From contig CAKPMN010000002.1 in assembly GCA_934168005.1 (NCBI GenBank), forward strand, positions 13,876-77,875: 64,000 nt of DNA, read 5' to 3'. This document shows positions 28,386 through 38,510 of this stretch, one piece after another. The stretch comes from an uncultured Bacilli bacterium. GTDB lineage: Bacteria; Bacillota_I; Bacilli_A; RF39; UBA660. The notes beneath the pieces were generated by a model. That model was not told the DNA's origin, ran no database searches, and saw only the letters and a list, made by a program, of their open reading frames with translations. Every line of letters starts with the position of its first letter. Position 1 is the first letter of the stretch. Position numbers and translations under genes: made by a program.

Positions 28386-29318
28386 ATGTCATTTACAAGT
28401 GAAGTTAAAAATGAAGTAAGTAAATTAGATACAATGACATTAGAAAATGTTACCGAATTATCTGCAATATGTAGAAATATAGGAAATGTCACAAAGACTT
28501 CTTTAAAAATAACAACAGAAAATGCTGCAGTAGCAAGAAGAATATTCAACTTAATTAAAGAAACATATTTTGTTACTTGTAAGACAACAGTCAGAAGAGG
28601 ATATAATTTTACTAAAAACTATATTTATATATTGGAAATACACTCTAAACAAAAAGAAATAATAGAAGATCTAAACTTAAAAAATAACATTCCAGAAGAG
28701 TATATGTACGCAGATGAATCTCTTAAAAGAGCATACCTAAGAGGTGTATTCTTAAGTTGTGGAAGTATAAATGACCCTAAAAAATCAAGATATCATTTAG
28801 AATTTTTAGTAGACAACCTTGAATATGCAAATTTCGTATCAAATATGTTAAACGAATTTTATTTAAACAGTAAAGTAATACGCAGACAAAATAAATATAT
28901 GATATATATGAAAGAAGCAGAAAAAATAGGAGATTTTTTAAGAATACTAGAAACAAAAAACGCATTATTCTATTATGAAGATATGAGAATATATAGAGAT
29001 CATAAAAATATGACAAATAGATTAAATAATTGTGAACAAGCAAATGTAGATAAAATGATTTCAACAGCTTCATCACAAGTAAACGACATACTTTATCTAC
29101 AAAAAAGATGTGCATTTGAATTACTAGATGAAAAGGTAAGAGAAGTGGCTGAATATAGATTGAAATATAAAGAAGCCTCACTTTTAGAATTAAGTGAAAT
29201 AATAAGCCTAGAAACAGAACATAAAATTACAAAGTCAGGTGTATACCATAGAATGGAAAAAATAAAAGAATTAGCTTCTAAAATAAGAGAAAAAGAGGAC
29301 AACTTGAGGAAATTTTAG
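28386..29318 (+). CDS. whiA: DNA-binding protein WhiA
   Basis: LAGLIDNDP-like core (AYLRGVFLSCGSINDP) and C-terminal HTH. Follows yvcK. Confidence 0.85.
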   Translation: MSFTSEVKNEVSKLDTMTLENVTELSAICRNIGNVTKTSLKITTENAAVARRIFNLIKETYFVTCKTTVRRGYNFTKNYIYILEIHSKQKEIIEDLNLKNNIPEEYMYADESLKRAYLRGVFLSCGSINDPKKSRYHLEFLVDNLEYANFVSNMLNEFYLNSKVIRRQNKYMIYMKEAEKIGDFLRILETKNALFYYEDMRIYRDHKNMTNRLNNCEQANVDKMISTASSQVNDILYLQKRCAFELLDEKVREVAEYRLKYKEASLLELSEIISLETEHKITKSGVYHRMEKIKELASKIREKEDNLRKF

Positions 29319-29341
29319 TATAATAAAAAAGAGGTGGACTT

Positions 29342-29785
29342 ATGAGAGTAATATTTTTAAAAGACGTAAAAGGTCAAGGTAAAAAAGATGAAATAAAAGA
29401 AGTAAAAGATGGTTATGCAATGAACTTTTTGATAAAAAAAGGATATGCAACCAAAGCAGATGAAACAGGATTAAAAAACTTATCAAGAGAACAAGAAACA
29501 AGAAAACTAGAAGAATCTCTACTAGTTAAAGATATGGAATCATTAAAGGGTAAGATTGAAAAAGTAACATTAACATTCAAAGTAAAAACAGGAAAAGAAG
29601 AAAGAATGTTTGGACAAATATCAGTAAAACAAATCAAAGAAGAATTACAAAAAAAAGGCTTTAATATAGATAAGACAAAGATAAAGCTAGATCATCCTAT
29701 AATGAGTTTAGGATGCCATGAAATAGATATAAATTTACATAAAGAGGTAGTTGCAAAACTAAAAATACAAGTAAAAGGTGCGTGA
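29342..29785 (+). CDS. rplI: 50S ribosomal protein L9
   Basis: [30 protein letters not shown]. Confidence 0.9.
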   Translation: MRVIFLKDVKGQGKKDEIKEVKDGYAMNFLIKKGYATKADETGLKNLSREQETRKLEESLLVKDMESLKGKIEKVTLTFKVKTGKEERMFGQISVKQIKEELQKKGFNIDKTKIKLDHPIMSLGCHEIDINLHKEVVAKLKIQVKGA

Positions 29786-31127
29786 TAATATGAATAAAGA
29801 AATGCCAAATGACATAGCAGCAGAACAAGCAGTATTAGGTTCAATGTTTATGTCAAAAAAAGCATGCGAAAAGGTAATAGAAAGACTAAATCCGGATGCT
29901 TTCTATCTAGATAAACATGCTAAAATATTTAAGGCAATCGCATCTTTAAAAGAAGCAGGAAGTCCAATCGACATAACAATAGTAACTAATGAACTAGAAA
30001 AAAGAAAAGAATTATCAAGTGTAGGTGGAGTAGAATATTTAAGTGACATAGTAATGATCGTTCCATCAGCAGCAAATGTAGAAGAATATATAAAAATAGT
30101 AGAAGAAAAATCAATTAGAAGAAGACTTATAGAAGCAGCTTTATCAATAGAAACAGATAGTTATAACTGGAATGACACATTAGATGAACTATTAGATAGA
30201 TCTGAAAAAAATTTAATGAATATTTCAAAAGCTAGAAGTGGTTCAGAATTTCAAGCAATATCAGATGTATTATATAGAGCCCAACTAAATCTAGAGAAAC
30301 TATCACAAGTAAAAGGAGAAATAACAGGATTACCAACAGGTTTTTATGACATAGATAAGATAACATCAGGTTTACATGAAAATGAATTGATCATTATAGC
30401 TGCTCGTCCAGCCATGGGAAAAACAGCATTTGCTTTAAACATTGCAACAAACATAGCAATGAATACAAAAAAAACAGTTGCATTATTTAACCTTGAAATG
30501 GGTGCAGAACAATTAGCAACTCGTATGTTAGCATCAGTTGGACAAATTGAAGGTATGAGATTATCTTCTGGTAAACTAGAACATAATGACTGGAAGAGAG
30601 TAAATGAAGCTATATCTAGATTGGCAGATACAAGTATTTTTATTGATGATACTCCAGGTATTTCTATAGGTGAAATAAGAGCAAAATGTAGAAGATTAGC
30701 AAGTGAAGAAGATTTGGGAATAATAATAATTGACTACTTACAATTGATTAGTGGTTCTGAAAAAACACAAAATAATAGACAATTAGAAATATCAGAGATA
30801 TCAAGATCACTTAAAACTCTAGCAATGGAACTTAGAATTCCTATCATTGCCTTAGCGCAATTATCTCGTAGTGTTGAATCAAGAGATGACAAAAGACCTA
30901 TTCTAAGTGACTTAAGAGAGTCAGGATCAATCGAACAAGATGCCGATATAGTTGCATTCTTATATCGTGATGATTATTATAACAAAGACACTGCAATAGA
31001 TGAATCAACAAGTAAAAGTGAATTTATTATAAGAAAACATCGTAGTGGTCCAACAGGAACAATAGATTTGATATTCAAAAGAAATACATCAACTTTTTTA
31101 AATTTCATAAATAAAGAAGAAGTGTAA
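29778..31127 (+). CDS. dnaB: Replicative DNA helicase DnaB
   Basis: [43 protein letters not shown]. Follows rplI as in Firmicutes. Confidence 0.95.
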   Translation: MRDNMNKEMPNDIAAEQAVLGSMFMSKKACEKVIERLNPDAFYLDKHAKIFKAIASLKEAGSPIDITIVTNELEKRKELSSVGGVEYLSDIVMIVPSAANVEEYIKIVEEKSIRRRLIEAALSIETDSYNWNDTLDELLDRSEKNLMNISKARSGSEFQAISDVLYRAQLNLEKLSQVKGEITGLPTGFYDIDKITSGLHENELIIIAARPAMGKTAFALNIATNIAMNTKKTVALFNLEMGAEQLATRMLASVGQIEGMRLSSGKLEHNDWKRVNEAISRLADTSIFIDDTPGISIGEIRAKCRRLASEEDLGIIIIDYLQLISGSEKTQNNRQLEISEISRSLKTLAMELRIPIIALAQLSRSVESRDDKRPILSDLRESGSIEQDADIVAFLYRDDYYNKDTAIDESTSKSEFIIRKHRSGPTGTIDLIFKRNTSTFLNFINKEEV

Positions 31128-31891
31128 TGAAAGTATCAGTTTTAGCGAGTGGTTCTAAAGGAAATTCAACTTATATTAGTACAAAAGATTTAGATTTGCT
31201 AATAGACCTTGGGCCAACATGTCTTTATATAGAAAATAAATTGAAAGAGTTAGATGTAGAACCAAAGAACATAAAAGCAGTTTTAATAACCCATACTCAT
31301 TCTGACCATACAAAAGGATTAAGAGTTTTCTATAAAAAATACAATCCAAAAATTTATTTAACTAAGAAGATGTATGATGATTTAAGTATGGAATTTGAAA
31401 TAACCAATTACTGTCTAATTGAAAAAGATTTTAATATAGAAAATACTCATATAAAAGTAGTTAAAACATCTCATGATGCAAGTGATTCAAATGCATACGT
31501 TGTAGAAGAAGATAATAAATCGGTAGTTTATATAACAGATACTGGGTTTATTAACCAGAAATTTTTTAATGTTTTAAAAAATAGAAATGTTTATATAATG
31601 GAAAGTAACCACGATATAGAGATGCTTTTAAATGGAAGATATCCTTATCATTTAAAACAAAGAGTTCTAAGTGATAGGGGCCATTTATCAAATATAGACT
31701 CAGCTCATTATTTAAAAGAATTTATAGGAAAAGATACAAAAAAAATCTTTTTAGCCCATTTAAGTGAAGAAAATAATACTTATGAAAAAGCTATTAATAC
31801 ATTAAAAGGAGTATTAGAAGAACATGATATAAAATTTGATGATATTGAAATAGCAAAACAAAATGAAAAGACGGAGTTAATTAACTTATGA
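31127..31891 (+). CDS. MBL-fold metallo-hydrolase (YycJ/WalJ-like)
   Basis: ITHTHSDHTKGL metallo-beta-lactamase motif. Confidence 0.8.
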   Translation: MKVSVLASGSKGNSTYISTKDLDLLIDLGPTCLYIENKLKELDVEPKNIKAVLITHTHSDHTKGLRVFYKKYNPKIYLTKKMYDDLSMEFEITNYCLIEKDFNIENTHIKVVKTSHDASDSNAYVVEEDNKSVVYITDTGFINQKFFNVLKNRNVYIMESNHDIEMLLNGRYPYHLKQRVLSDRGHLSNIDSAHYLKEFIGKDTKKIFLAHLSEENNTYEKAINTLKGVLEEHDIKFDDIEIAKQNEKTELINL

Positions 31892-32337
31892 AAATAATAT
31901 GTATTGGAAAAGTTAAAGAAGAATATTTTAAAAATGGAATAAAAGAATATCAAACAAGATTGTCAAAATATACAAAACTAGATATTATTGAACTAAATGA
32001 TTATGCCTTAACTCCTTCTTTAAATAAGCAAAAAGAAGGAGAAGAAATATTAAAAAATATAAAAGAAAAAGATTATGTAATAACCTTAGAAATAAATGGT
32101 AAAAAATATAATTCAAAAGATCTATCAGATAGAATAAATAAAATTCAAATTATAAATAGTAATATAGTATTTGTAATAGGTGGATCAGACGGACTATCTG
32201 ATGAGGTTAAGAAAAGAAGTAATGAAGCTATATCTTTTTCAGATTTAACATTTCCTCATCAATTATTCAGAGTAATGCTATTAGAACAAATATACAGGTC
32301 ATATAAAATTTTAAATAATGAATCATATCATAAATAG
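31888..32337 (+). CDS. rlmH: 23S rRNA (pseudouridine1915-N3)-methyltransferase RlmH
   Basis: SPOUT-type pattern KIICIGKVKEEYFKNGIKEY..VFVIGGSDGLSDEV. About 150 aa. Confidence 0.85.
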   Translation: MKIICIGKVKEEYFKNGIKEYQTRLSKYTKLDIIELNDYALTPSLNKQKEGEEILKNIKEKDYVITLEINGKKYNSKDLSDRINKIQIINSNIVFVIGGSDGLSDEVKKRSNEAISFSDLTFPHQLFRVMLLEQIYRSYKILNNESYHK

Positions 32338-32396
32338 TTATGAACATAAACAGTGTAAAAAACTGTTTTTTTTAATAAAAAGATGTAGAAAAATAT

Positions 32397-33305
32397 CTAC
32401 ATCTTAATAGAGTTAATAGCTTCTTTAATTAAATCAATAGAATTTTGTAATCTTCTTTCTTCATCTTTATTTAAATTGACATAAATTTTATGAGATACAC
32501 CATTTTTATTTATAACAGAAGGAAGACTAACATAGACATCATTATCTTTATCATAAGTAGAAACAGTTAAAATAGTATTTTCGTCATTTAAAATAGCGTT
32601 AGTAATTCTAACTAGACACATACCAATACCATAATAAGTTGCGCCTTTTTTATTTATTATTTCATAAGCAGCGTTTCTAACATCATTTTCTAAAGAATTA
32701 AGTTCATCATCATTTAGAAACATACTTATATTTTGAAGTCCTATATTAGCATTACTCCAAGGAATAAATTCAGAGTCTCCGTGTTCTCCCATAACATATG
32801 CATGAACATTTTTAGGGTTGATTTTTAATTTATCACCAATCATAAAGCGTAATCTAGCAGTATCTAGACTAGTACCACTACCAATAACTCTACTAGAATC
32901 AATATTAGCATATTTCCATGTAATGTAAGTCATAACATCAAGAGGGTTGGTGGCAATTAAAAATACACCTTTAAATCCATTAGCCATAACATTATCAATA
33001 ATACCTTTGAAAATAGCACTATTTTTATTAATTAAATCCATTCTAGTTTCACCAGGTTTTTGATTAGCACCTGCTGCAATACAAACCAAAGATGCGTCTT
33101 TACAATCTTCATAAGTTCCACTTTTAATTTTCATTTTATTAGGACCGACAGCTAAGCAATGATTTAAATCCATTACTTCACCTTCAACTCTATCCATATT
33201 TAGATCAATAAGTGCAAGTTCATTTACACTATTTTTTTGGTTAAGCAAAGCATAAGCATAACTCATACCAACATTACCGCAACCGATAATAACTACTTTA
33301 TTCAT
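32397..33305 (-). CDS. ldh: L-lactate dehydrogenase
   Basis: KVVIIGCGNVGMSYAYAL, catalytic H in VMGEHGDSE, IAAGANQKPGETR. Confidence 0.9.
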   Translation of the reverse strand: MNKVVIIGCGNVGMSYAYALLNQKNSVNELALIDLNMDRVEGEVMDLNHCLAVGPNKMKIKSGTYEDCKDASLVCIAAGANQKPGETRMDLINKNSAIFKGIIDNVMANGFKGVFLIATNPLDVMTYITWKYANIDSSRVIGSGTSLDTARLRFMIGDKLKINPKNVHAYVMGEHGDSEFIPWSNANIGLQNISMFLNDDELNSLENDVRNAAYEIINKKGATYYGIGMCLVRITNAILNDENTILTVSTYDKDNDVYVSLPSVINKNGVSHKIYVNLNKDEERRLQNSIDLIKEAINSIKM

Positions 33306-33366
33306 ATAATCACCTAATAATATTATAACTATTTTTTATTTCTTTTTTTACAAAATATACAAAACT

Positions 33367-33609
33367 TTACATTTTTTCTTTTTTACAAGCTGCATATGGT
33401 TTCTTTTCGTCGGTACGACATATCAAATAATCAACAGATGTGTGATAATAGTCAGCAAGCTTACATAAAATTTCAATAGGAATACCTCGTTTTCCAATTT
33501 CATAATATGAGTAAGTAACTTGTGAAATATATAAAATTTCACTTATTTTTTTTTGACTTAAATCATTATCTTCCCTTAAATCTTTCAATCTTAATCTCAT
33601 AAAAATCAC
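33367..33609 (-). CDS. Small XRE-family HTH transcriptional regulator with Cys-containing C-terminal tail
   Basis: LRLKDLREDNDLSQKKISEILYISQVTYSYYEIGKRGIPIE HTH_3 pattern. Divergent from the Gly-rich gene. Confidence 0.7.
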   Translation of the reverse strand: MIFMRLRLKDLREDNDLSQKKISEILYISQVTYSYYEIGKRGIPIEILCKLADYYHTSVDYLICRTDEKKPYAACKKEKM

Positions 33610-33627
33610 CTGTTATTAATTTTAATT

Positions 33628-33698
33628 AAAACAATATGTTTTATTGACTTTTAAAACAGAGTGTTTTATAATTGAATTAAATTAAAACAATACGTTTT
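33628..33698. promoter_or_regulatory. Array of three 15-bp palindromes AAAACA-N3-TGTTTT (33628-33642, 33653-33667, 33684-33698); candidate operator sites
   Basis: Perfect 6-bp inverted arms three times within 71 bp between the divergent XRE regulator and the Gly-rich gene. Sites 1 and 3 share extended flanks AATTAAAACAATAYGTTTTA. Confidence 0.5.
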
Positions 33699-33856
33699 AA
33701 TAATAGGGACAATTAATACATTATTATGAGAGAAGGATATGATATGAAAAATGTTAGCAATAACGTTGTTTTTCGTTAAGCCAACAGTGCAATATCTAAT
33801 TGCACTGTTTTTGTCATATTCTCACTTAACTAATAATTAGCTGAGGGAGGAATTAT

Positions 33857-36800
33857 ATGAAAAAGGGTAAAAAAGGATTTGTAGTAAGTGCGGTATTGTA
33901 CCCATTACTAGTATTGTTTCTAGCGATAATCATGGGATTACTTTCCATGACAGATACAAGAAAAAGAATATTAGATAAAATGAAGTTAGAAATAACAGAT
34001 AATATATTTGATGATGCAGCATGCTCATGCGATACAATACTAGCAAAATTAAACTATATTATCGCAAATGGAACTGGAGGATCTGGTGGAGACACAGGAT
34101 CATATGCATATAACAAATTAACACTAAATGTAAAAACATATGAAGCATATAGTGACTTTCCGGTAGTAGGAAACATAATAGGAGATATCGCAGTATTGTC
34201 AACAACCCCAATAAAAAACTATTATGTATCAACAAGTGTACCAAAAAGTCCACAAGAAGGAACAGTATGGATAGTACAAGATAATACAAGTAATTATTAT
34301 GTAACATCAGATTGGAATAGGATTGGTATAAGTTATGTAATGCAGTATGAGAATAGTAAATGGGTATTAAAAAAATCATATGTTTATAACGGTGAATCAT
34401 GGACAATGTTATACTATGTTAATTTAAAGAATGGATATGTAGATTTAACAAAATCAGATATAAATGCTGAGATAACAAAAACATATGACTATACAGGAGA
34501 ATACCAAACATTTAAAGCAGTATTTTCAGGATACTACAAGATAGAGTTATGGGGAGCTCAAGGTGGAAGCTATTCATCTAGTGTAGTTGGTGGATTAGGA
34601 TCATATACGTCTGGAGAAATATACTTAGATGCTGGTGAAATTTTATATGTATATATAGGTGGACAAGGAAAAAATCCATCAGGACTAGGTCCTGATTATA
34701 CAGGAGGAACCGGTGGCTGGAATGGTGGCGGTGACGGAATAAGAAATGCTGGTAACAATGCAAACAAAGCAGCAGAAGGTGGCGGTGGAGCAACAGATAT
34801 AAGACTTATTGGAACATCAGATAAGAAAAATTGGGATGAGTTTGATTCGTTAAAAACTAGAATTATGGTTGCGGCAGGAGGCTCAGGATCAGCATATTAT
34901 GTAGATGCAGCAACAAATGGAACAGCCGGAGGCGGATTAAATGGATACGAAGGAATGTGTGATGGAGGTGCATGTTCAACAACACTTGAATCAAAATATG
35001 GTGGAATAGGTGCAACACAAACATTAGCTGGGTATAGTCCATATTCAAAGATATCAACAATGGGTGGCTTTGGATATGCTGGTAGTGGTGCAAAATCAAA
35101 TTATGATGCTACTGGTGGAGGCGGTGGTTACTACGGAGGCGGAGGAGCTTTTGCCGGTGGTAATGGTAGAACAATCGGAGGATCAGGCTCAAGTTATATT
35201 TCAGGATTTAATGGTTGTAATTCTATAAAAGAAGAAAGCAGTGCAGATAATATAATACATACAGGAAGTGCATATCACTATAGTGGCAAATATTTTTTAA
35301 ATTCTATAATGGTTGACGGAAAAGGAAGTTCATGGGGAGAAGCATATGCAACAGCAACCAAAAATCAACCAACTTATGATGGTAAGTCAACTCAAATAGG
35401 AAATAGTGGAAATGGCTATGCAAAAATTACACTAGAGACAGTTGAGGTAATATCTAAATCTGATATCGAGAAAAAACAGACAGAAGTAGAAAATAAATGG
35501 ATATACAATTATTCAGGAACTTATCAAATATTTACAGCTCCAACAAGTGGATACTATAAAGCTGAATTGTGGGGAGCCCAAGGAGGAAGCTATTCTTCTA
35601 GTGTGATAGGAGGATATGGTTCATATACAACAGGTGATATATATCTAAATAAAAACGAAAAATTGTATATATATGTAGGCGGACAAGGAACAAATCCGCT
35701 AGGTCTAGGTACTGACTATTCCGGAGGAACCGGAGGTTGGAATGGTGGTGGAGATGGACTTAGAAATTCAGGCAACACTGCAAACAAAGCAGCAGAAGGT
35801 GGCGGTGGAGCAACAGATATAAGACTTGTATCTACATCAAGTCTAGGTAATTGGCTTGATTTTGAAAGTTTGAAATCACGAATCATGGTTGCAGCTGGAG
35901 GCTCTGGTTCAGCATATTATGCAGATGCAGCAACAAATGGATCTGCCGGAGGTGGAATAAATGGATATGATGGAATGTGTGATGGTGGAGCTTGTTCGGC
36001 ATCATCCGAATTAAATTACGGTGGAATAGGTGCTACACAAGCCCTAGCAGGATATAGTCCAGTGTCAAAAACTAGTACAATAGGAGGATTTGGATACGCC
36101 GGAAGTGGAACTCCATCAAATTATGACGCTACTGGCGGAGGCGGTGGTTACTATGGAGGTGGCGGAGCATTTGCTGGAGGAAATGGTAGAACTGTTGGTA
36201 GTACAGGTTCAAGTTATATATCAGGATTTAATGGCTGCAATTCAATAGCAGAAGAGAGTACATCTACAAATATTTTACACACAGGGAGTGCATATCACTA
36301 TAATGGATACTATTTTAAATCTGGCGTTATGATAGATGGAAAAGGTCAATCTTGGAACGAGGCTTATGCAAAAACATCACCATTACAACCAAATTATGAC
36401 AATTCTGGTTCTATGACAGGAAATAGTGGACATGGATATGCTAAAATAACTAAAATTTCGACAGAAGAAAAATCTTCAGATGAAATTAGTGGCTATGAAG
36501 AAAAAAATAATAGTATATATGTATATAACTATTCAAGTACATATCAGACTTTCATAGCCAGTAAATCAGGATATTATAAGATAGAACTATGGGGAGCTCA
36601 AGGTGGAAATTATAATACGAATGTAATTGGTGGAAAAGGTGCATATACATATGGAAAAATTTACTTGGCAAAAGGTCAAAAACTATACGTATATGTAGGA
36701 GGTCAAGGAGAAAATCCAAGAGGTTTAGGAACAAATTATTCCGGAGGAAGCGGTGGCTGGAATGGCGGTGGAGATGGTATGAGAAATTCAGGAAACTCAA

Positions 36801-38506
36801 ACAATAAATTTGCCGGAGGCGGAGGTGGCGCTACGGATATACGTTTGGAAGTAACGCCAAGTTTAAGCAGTTGGTCAGATTTTAATAGTATAAAATCAAG
36901 AATTATGACTGCATCAGGTGGATCCGGAGCGGCTTATTATGCAGAAGCAGCAACAAATGGAACAGCCGGTGGCGGATTAACTGGGTATGAAGGAATGTGT
37001 GACGGTGGATCATGTACATATTCAAGCGATCTTAGATATAGTGGTCTTGGCGCAACACAAACATTAGCTGGTTATAGTCAAGTTTCACAAACCGCGACAA
37101 ATGGCGGCTTTGGTTATGGGGGAAGTGGTTCCCAATCAAACTACGATGCTACCGGAGGTGGTAGTGGTTACTATGGAGGCGGAGGAGCATTTTCTGGTAG
37201 TAATGGTAGAACAACCGGAGGATCTGGTTCAAGTTATATTTCAGGATTTACAGGATGTAATTCTATAGCAGGCGAATCAACTGCATCAAACCTTTTACAT
37301 ACAGGAAGTGCATATCACTATAGTGGATATTATTTTACTGATGCTATTATGATAGACGGAAAAGGTTATAAGTGGCAATCAGGAAAAGCATTATCTGCTA
37401 TTAACCAGCCAACATACGATGGAACTAGTACAATGGTTGGAAATAGTGGAAATGGATATGCTAGAATAGAATTTATCGAGGCTGCTAATGTTTCAGAAGA
37501 AACATTAAATAATGATAAATTGAATGCAGAAAAAAATTGGAATTTTACTTATTCAAAAAGTTACCAAGAATTTACAGTTCCAAAAACAGGAACATATAAA
37601 ATAGAACTATGGGGAGCCCAAGGAGGAAGTTATACAACATCAGTTATAGGTGGATTAGGATCATACACATCAGGTCAAATTTCTCTTACTAAGGGAACAA
37701 AATTATATGTATATGTTGGAAGTCAAGGAACAAATCCATTAGGTTTAGGTGATACTTATTCTGGAGGAACCGGTGGCTGGAATGGCGGAGGCGATGGTCT
37801 AAGAAATACAAATACAAGCAATGACAAAGCAGCAAATGGCGGAGGTGGTGCAACTGATGTTAGAACGATAAAGACATCATCCCTTTCAACATGGAATACA
37901 AGAAATTCTATAATTTCGAGAATTATGGTCGCAGCCGGAGGATCTGGCTCTGCATATTATGCAGATGCAGCAACAAATGGCTCTGCCGGAGGTGGATTAA
38001 AAGGGTACAATGGATATTGTGATGCAACAGAATGTACTACATCTGGTGGAAGTGGAGGAACACAAATTGCTGCAGGTTCAGCATCTTACAATGCAACAGC
38101 TACATCATTAACAAAAGGAGATTTTGGCTATGGAGGAAATGGTGCAAAATCTAATTACAATGCAACCGGAGGCGGAAGTGGTTGGTATGGTGGAGGTGGA
38201 GCATACTCAACTGGAAATGGTAGAACAACTGGAGGATCTGGATCAAGTTATATTTCAGGATTTGCAGGATGTATAGGTGTAAATTCATCAGGTAATCCAC
38301 TCGTAACAAAGTATTCAAAATTAGAAGATTCAATTTCAAATACAGGATATAAGTTTACAAATTCCATAATGATAGATGGAAAAGGATATTCATGGAATCA
38401 GACATCTGCAGTATCTGTCGTTAAACAACCAACTCCGGATGGTACATCAACTCAAACAGGTCAAAGTGGAAACGGTTATGCCAAGATAACATACCTAGGA
38501 GCATAA
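33857..38506 (+). CDS. Membrane-anchored giant glycine-rich repeat protein (1549 aa): N-terminal TM/signal anchor, about 200-aa unique region, then four 340-aa Gly-rich repeats
   Basis: Single uninterrupted ORF with AGGGAGG RBS. Each repeat carries YYKIELWGAQGG, GGTGGWNGGGDG, AAEGGGGATDIRL, RIMVAAGGSGSAYY, CDGGACS, ATGGGGGYYGGGGAF, GNSGNGYAKIT. Confidence 0.7.
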   Translation: MKKGKKGFVVSAVLYPLLVLFLAIIMGLLSMTDTRKRILDKMKLEITDNIFDDAACSCDTILAKLNYIIANGTGGSGGDTGSYAYNKLTLNVKTYEAYSDFPVVGNIIGDIAVLSTTPIKNYYVSTSVPKSPQEGTVWIVQDNTSNYYVTSDWNRIGISYVMQYENSKWVLKKSYVYNGESWTMLYYVNLKNGYVDLTKSDINAEITKTYDYTGEYQTFKAVFSGYYKIELWGAQGGSYSSSVVGGLGSYTSGEIYLDAGEILYVYIGGQGKNPSGLGPDYTGGTGGWNGGGDGIRNAGNNANKAAEGGGGATDIRLIGTSDKKNWDEFDSLKTRIMVAAGGSGSAYYVDAATNGTAGGGLNGYEGMCDGGACSTTLESKYGGIGATQTLAGYSPYSKISTMGGFGYAGSGAKSNYDATGGGGGYYGGGGAFAGGNGRTIGGSGSSYISGFNGCNSIKEESSADNIIHTGSAYHYSGKYFLNSIMVDGKGSSWGEAYATATKNQPTYDGKSTQIGNSGNGYAKITLETVEVISKSDIEKKQTEVENKWIYNYSGTYQIFTAPTSGYYKAELWGAQGGSYSSSVIGGYGSYTTGDIYLNKNEKLYIYVGGQGTNPLGLGTDYSGGTGGWNGGGDGLRNSGNTANKAAEGGGGATDIRLVSTSSLGNWLDFESLKSRIMVAAGGSGSAYYADAATNGSAGGGINGYDGMCDGGACSASSELNYGGIGATQALAGYSPVSKTSTIGGFGYAGSGTPSNYDATGGGGGYYGGGGAFAGGNGRTVGSTGSSYISGFNGCNSIAEESTSTNILHTGSAYHYNGYYFKSGVMIDGKGQSWNEAYAKTSPLQPNYDNSGSMTGNSGHGYAKITKISTEEKSSDEISGYEEKNNSIYVYNYSSTYQTFIASKSGYYKIELWGAQGGNYNTNVIGGKGAYTYGKIYLAKGQKLYVYVGGQGENPRGLGTNYSGGSGGWNGGGDGMRNSGNSNNKFAGGGGGATDIRLEVTPSLSSWSDFNSIKSRIMTASGGSGAAYYAEAATNGTAGGGLTGYEGMCDGGSCTYSSDLRYSGLGATQTLAGYSQVSQTATNGGFGYGGSGSQSNYDATGGGSGYYGGGGAFSGSNGRTTGGSGSSYISGFTGCNSIAGESTASNLLHTGSAYHYSGYYFTDAIMIDGKGYKWQSGKALSAINQPTYDGTSTMVGNSGNGYARIEFIEAANVSEETLNNDKLNAEKNWNFTYSKSYQEFTVPKTGTYKIELWGAQGGSYTTSVIGGLGSYTSGQISLTKGTKLYVYVGSQGTNPLGLGDTYSGGTGGWNGGGDGLRNTNTSNDKAANGGGGATDVRTIKTSSLSTWNTRNSIISRIMVAAGGSGSAYYADAATNGSAGGGLKGYNGYCDATECTTSGGSGGTQIAAGSASYNATATSLTKGDFGYGGNGAKSNYNATGGGSGWYGGGGAYSTGNGRTTGGSGSSYISGFAGCIGVNSSGNPLVTKYSKLEDSISNTGYKFTNSIMIDGKGYSWNQTSAVSVVKQPTPDGTSTQTGQSGNGYAKITYLGA
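34450..38506 (+). repeat. Four in-frame tandem repeats with exact 1020-bp period inside the Gly-rich gene
   Basis: Identical 47-mer caaacaaagcagcagaaggtggcggtggagcaacagatataagactt at 34761 and 35781. Homologous blocks at 36801 and 37821. tggggagc(t/c)caagg at 34550, 35570, 36590 and 37610. Confidence 0.85.
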
Positions 38507-38510
38507 CAAT

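Noticed and set aside
34059-38339. Minus-strand ORFs inside the Gly-rich gene (34059-34406, 34578-34793, 34863-35099, 36552-36800, 38151-38339), rich in His/Leu
   Set aside because: They are antisense shadows of GGN-rich codons (the reverse complement gives NCC/His/Leu-rich frames). There are no starts with an RBS, and they repeat with the 1020-bp period of the sense gene.
34450-38506. Considered whether the 1-kb periodic repeats could be a CRISPR array or IS array
   Set aside because: The period is 1020 bp with no short spacer/repeat alternation. The repeats are in-frame coding sequence of one long ORF with an intact reading frame throughout.
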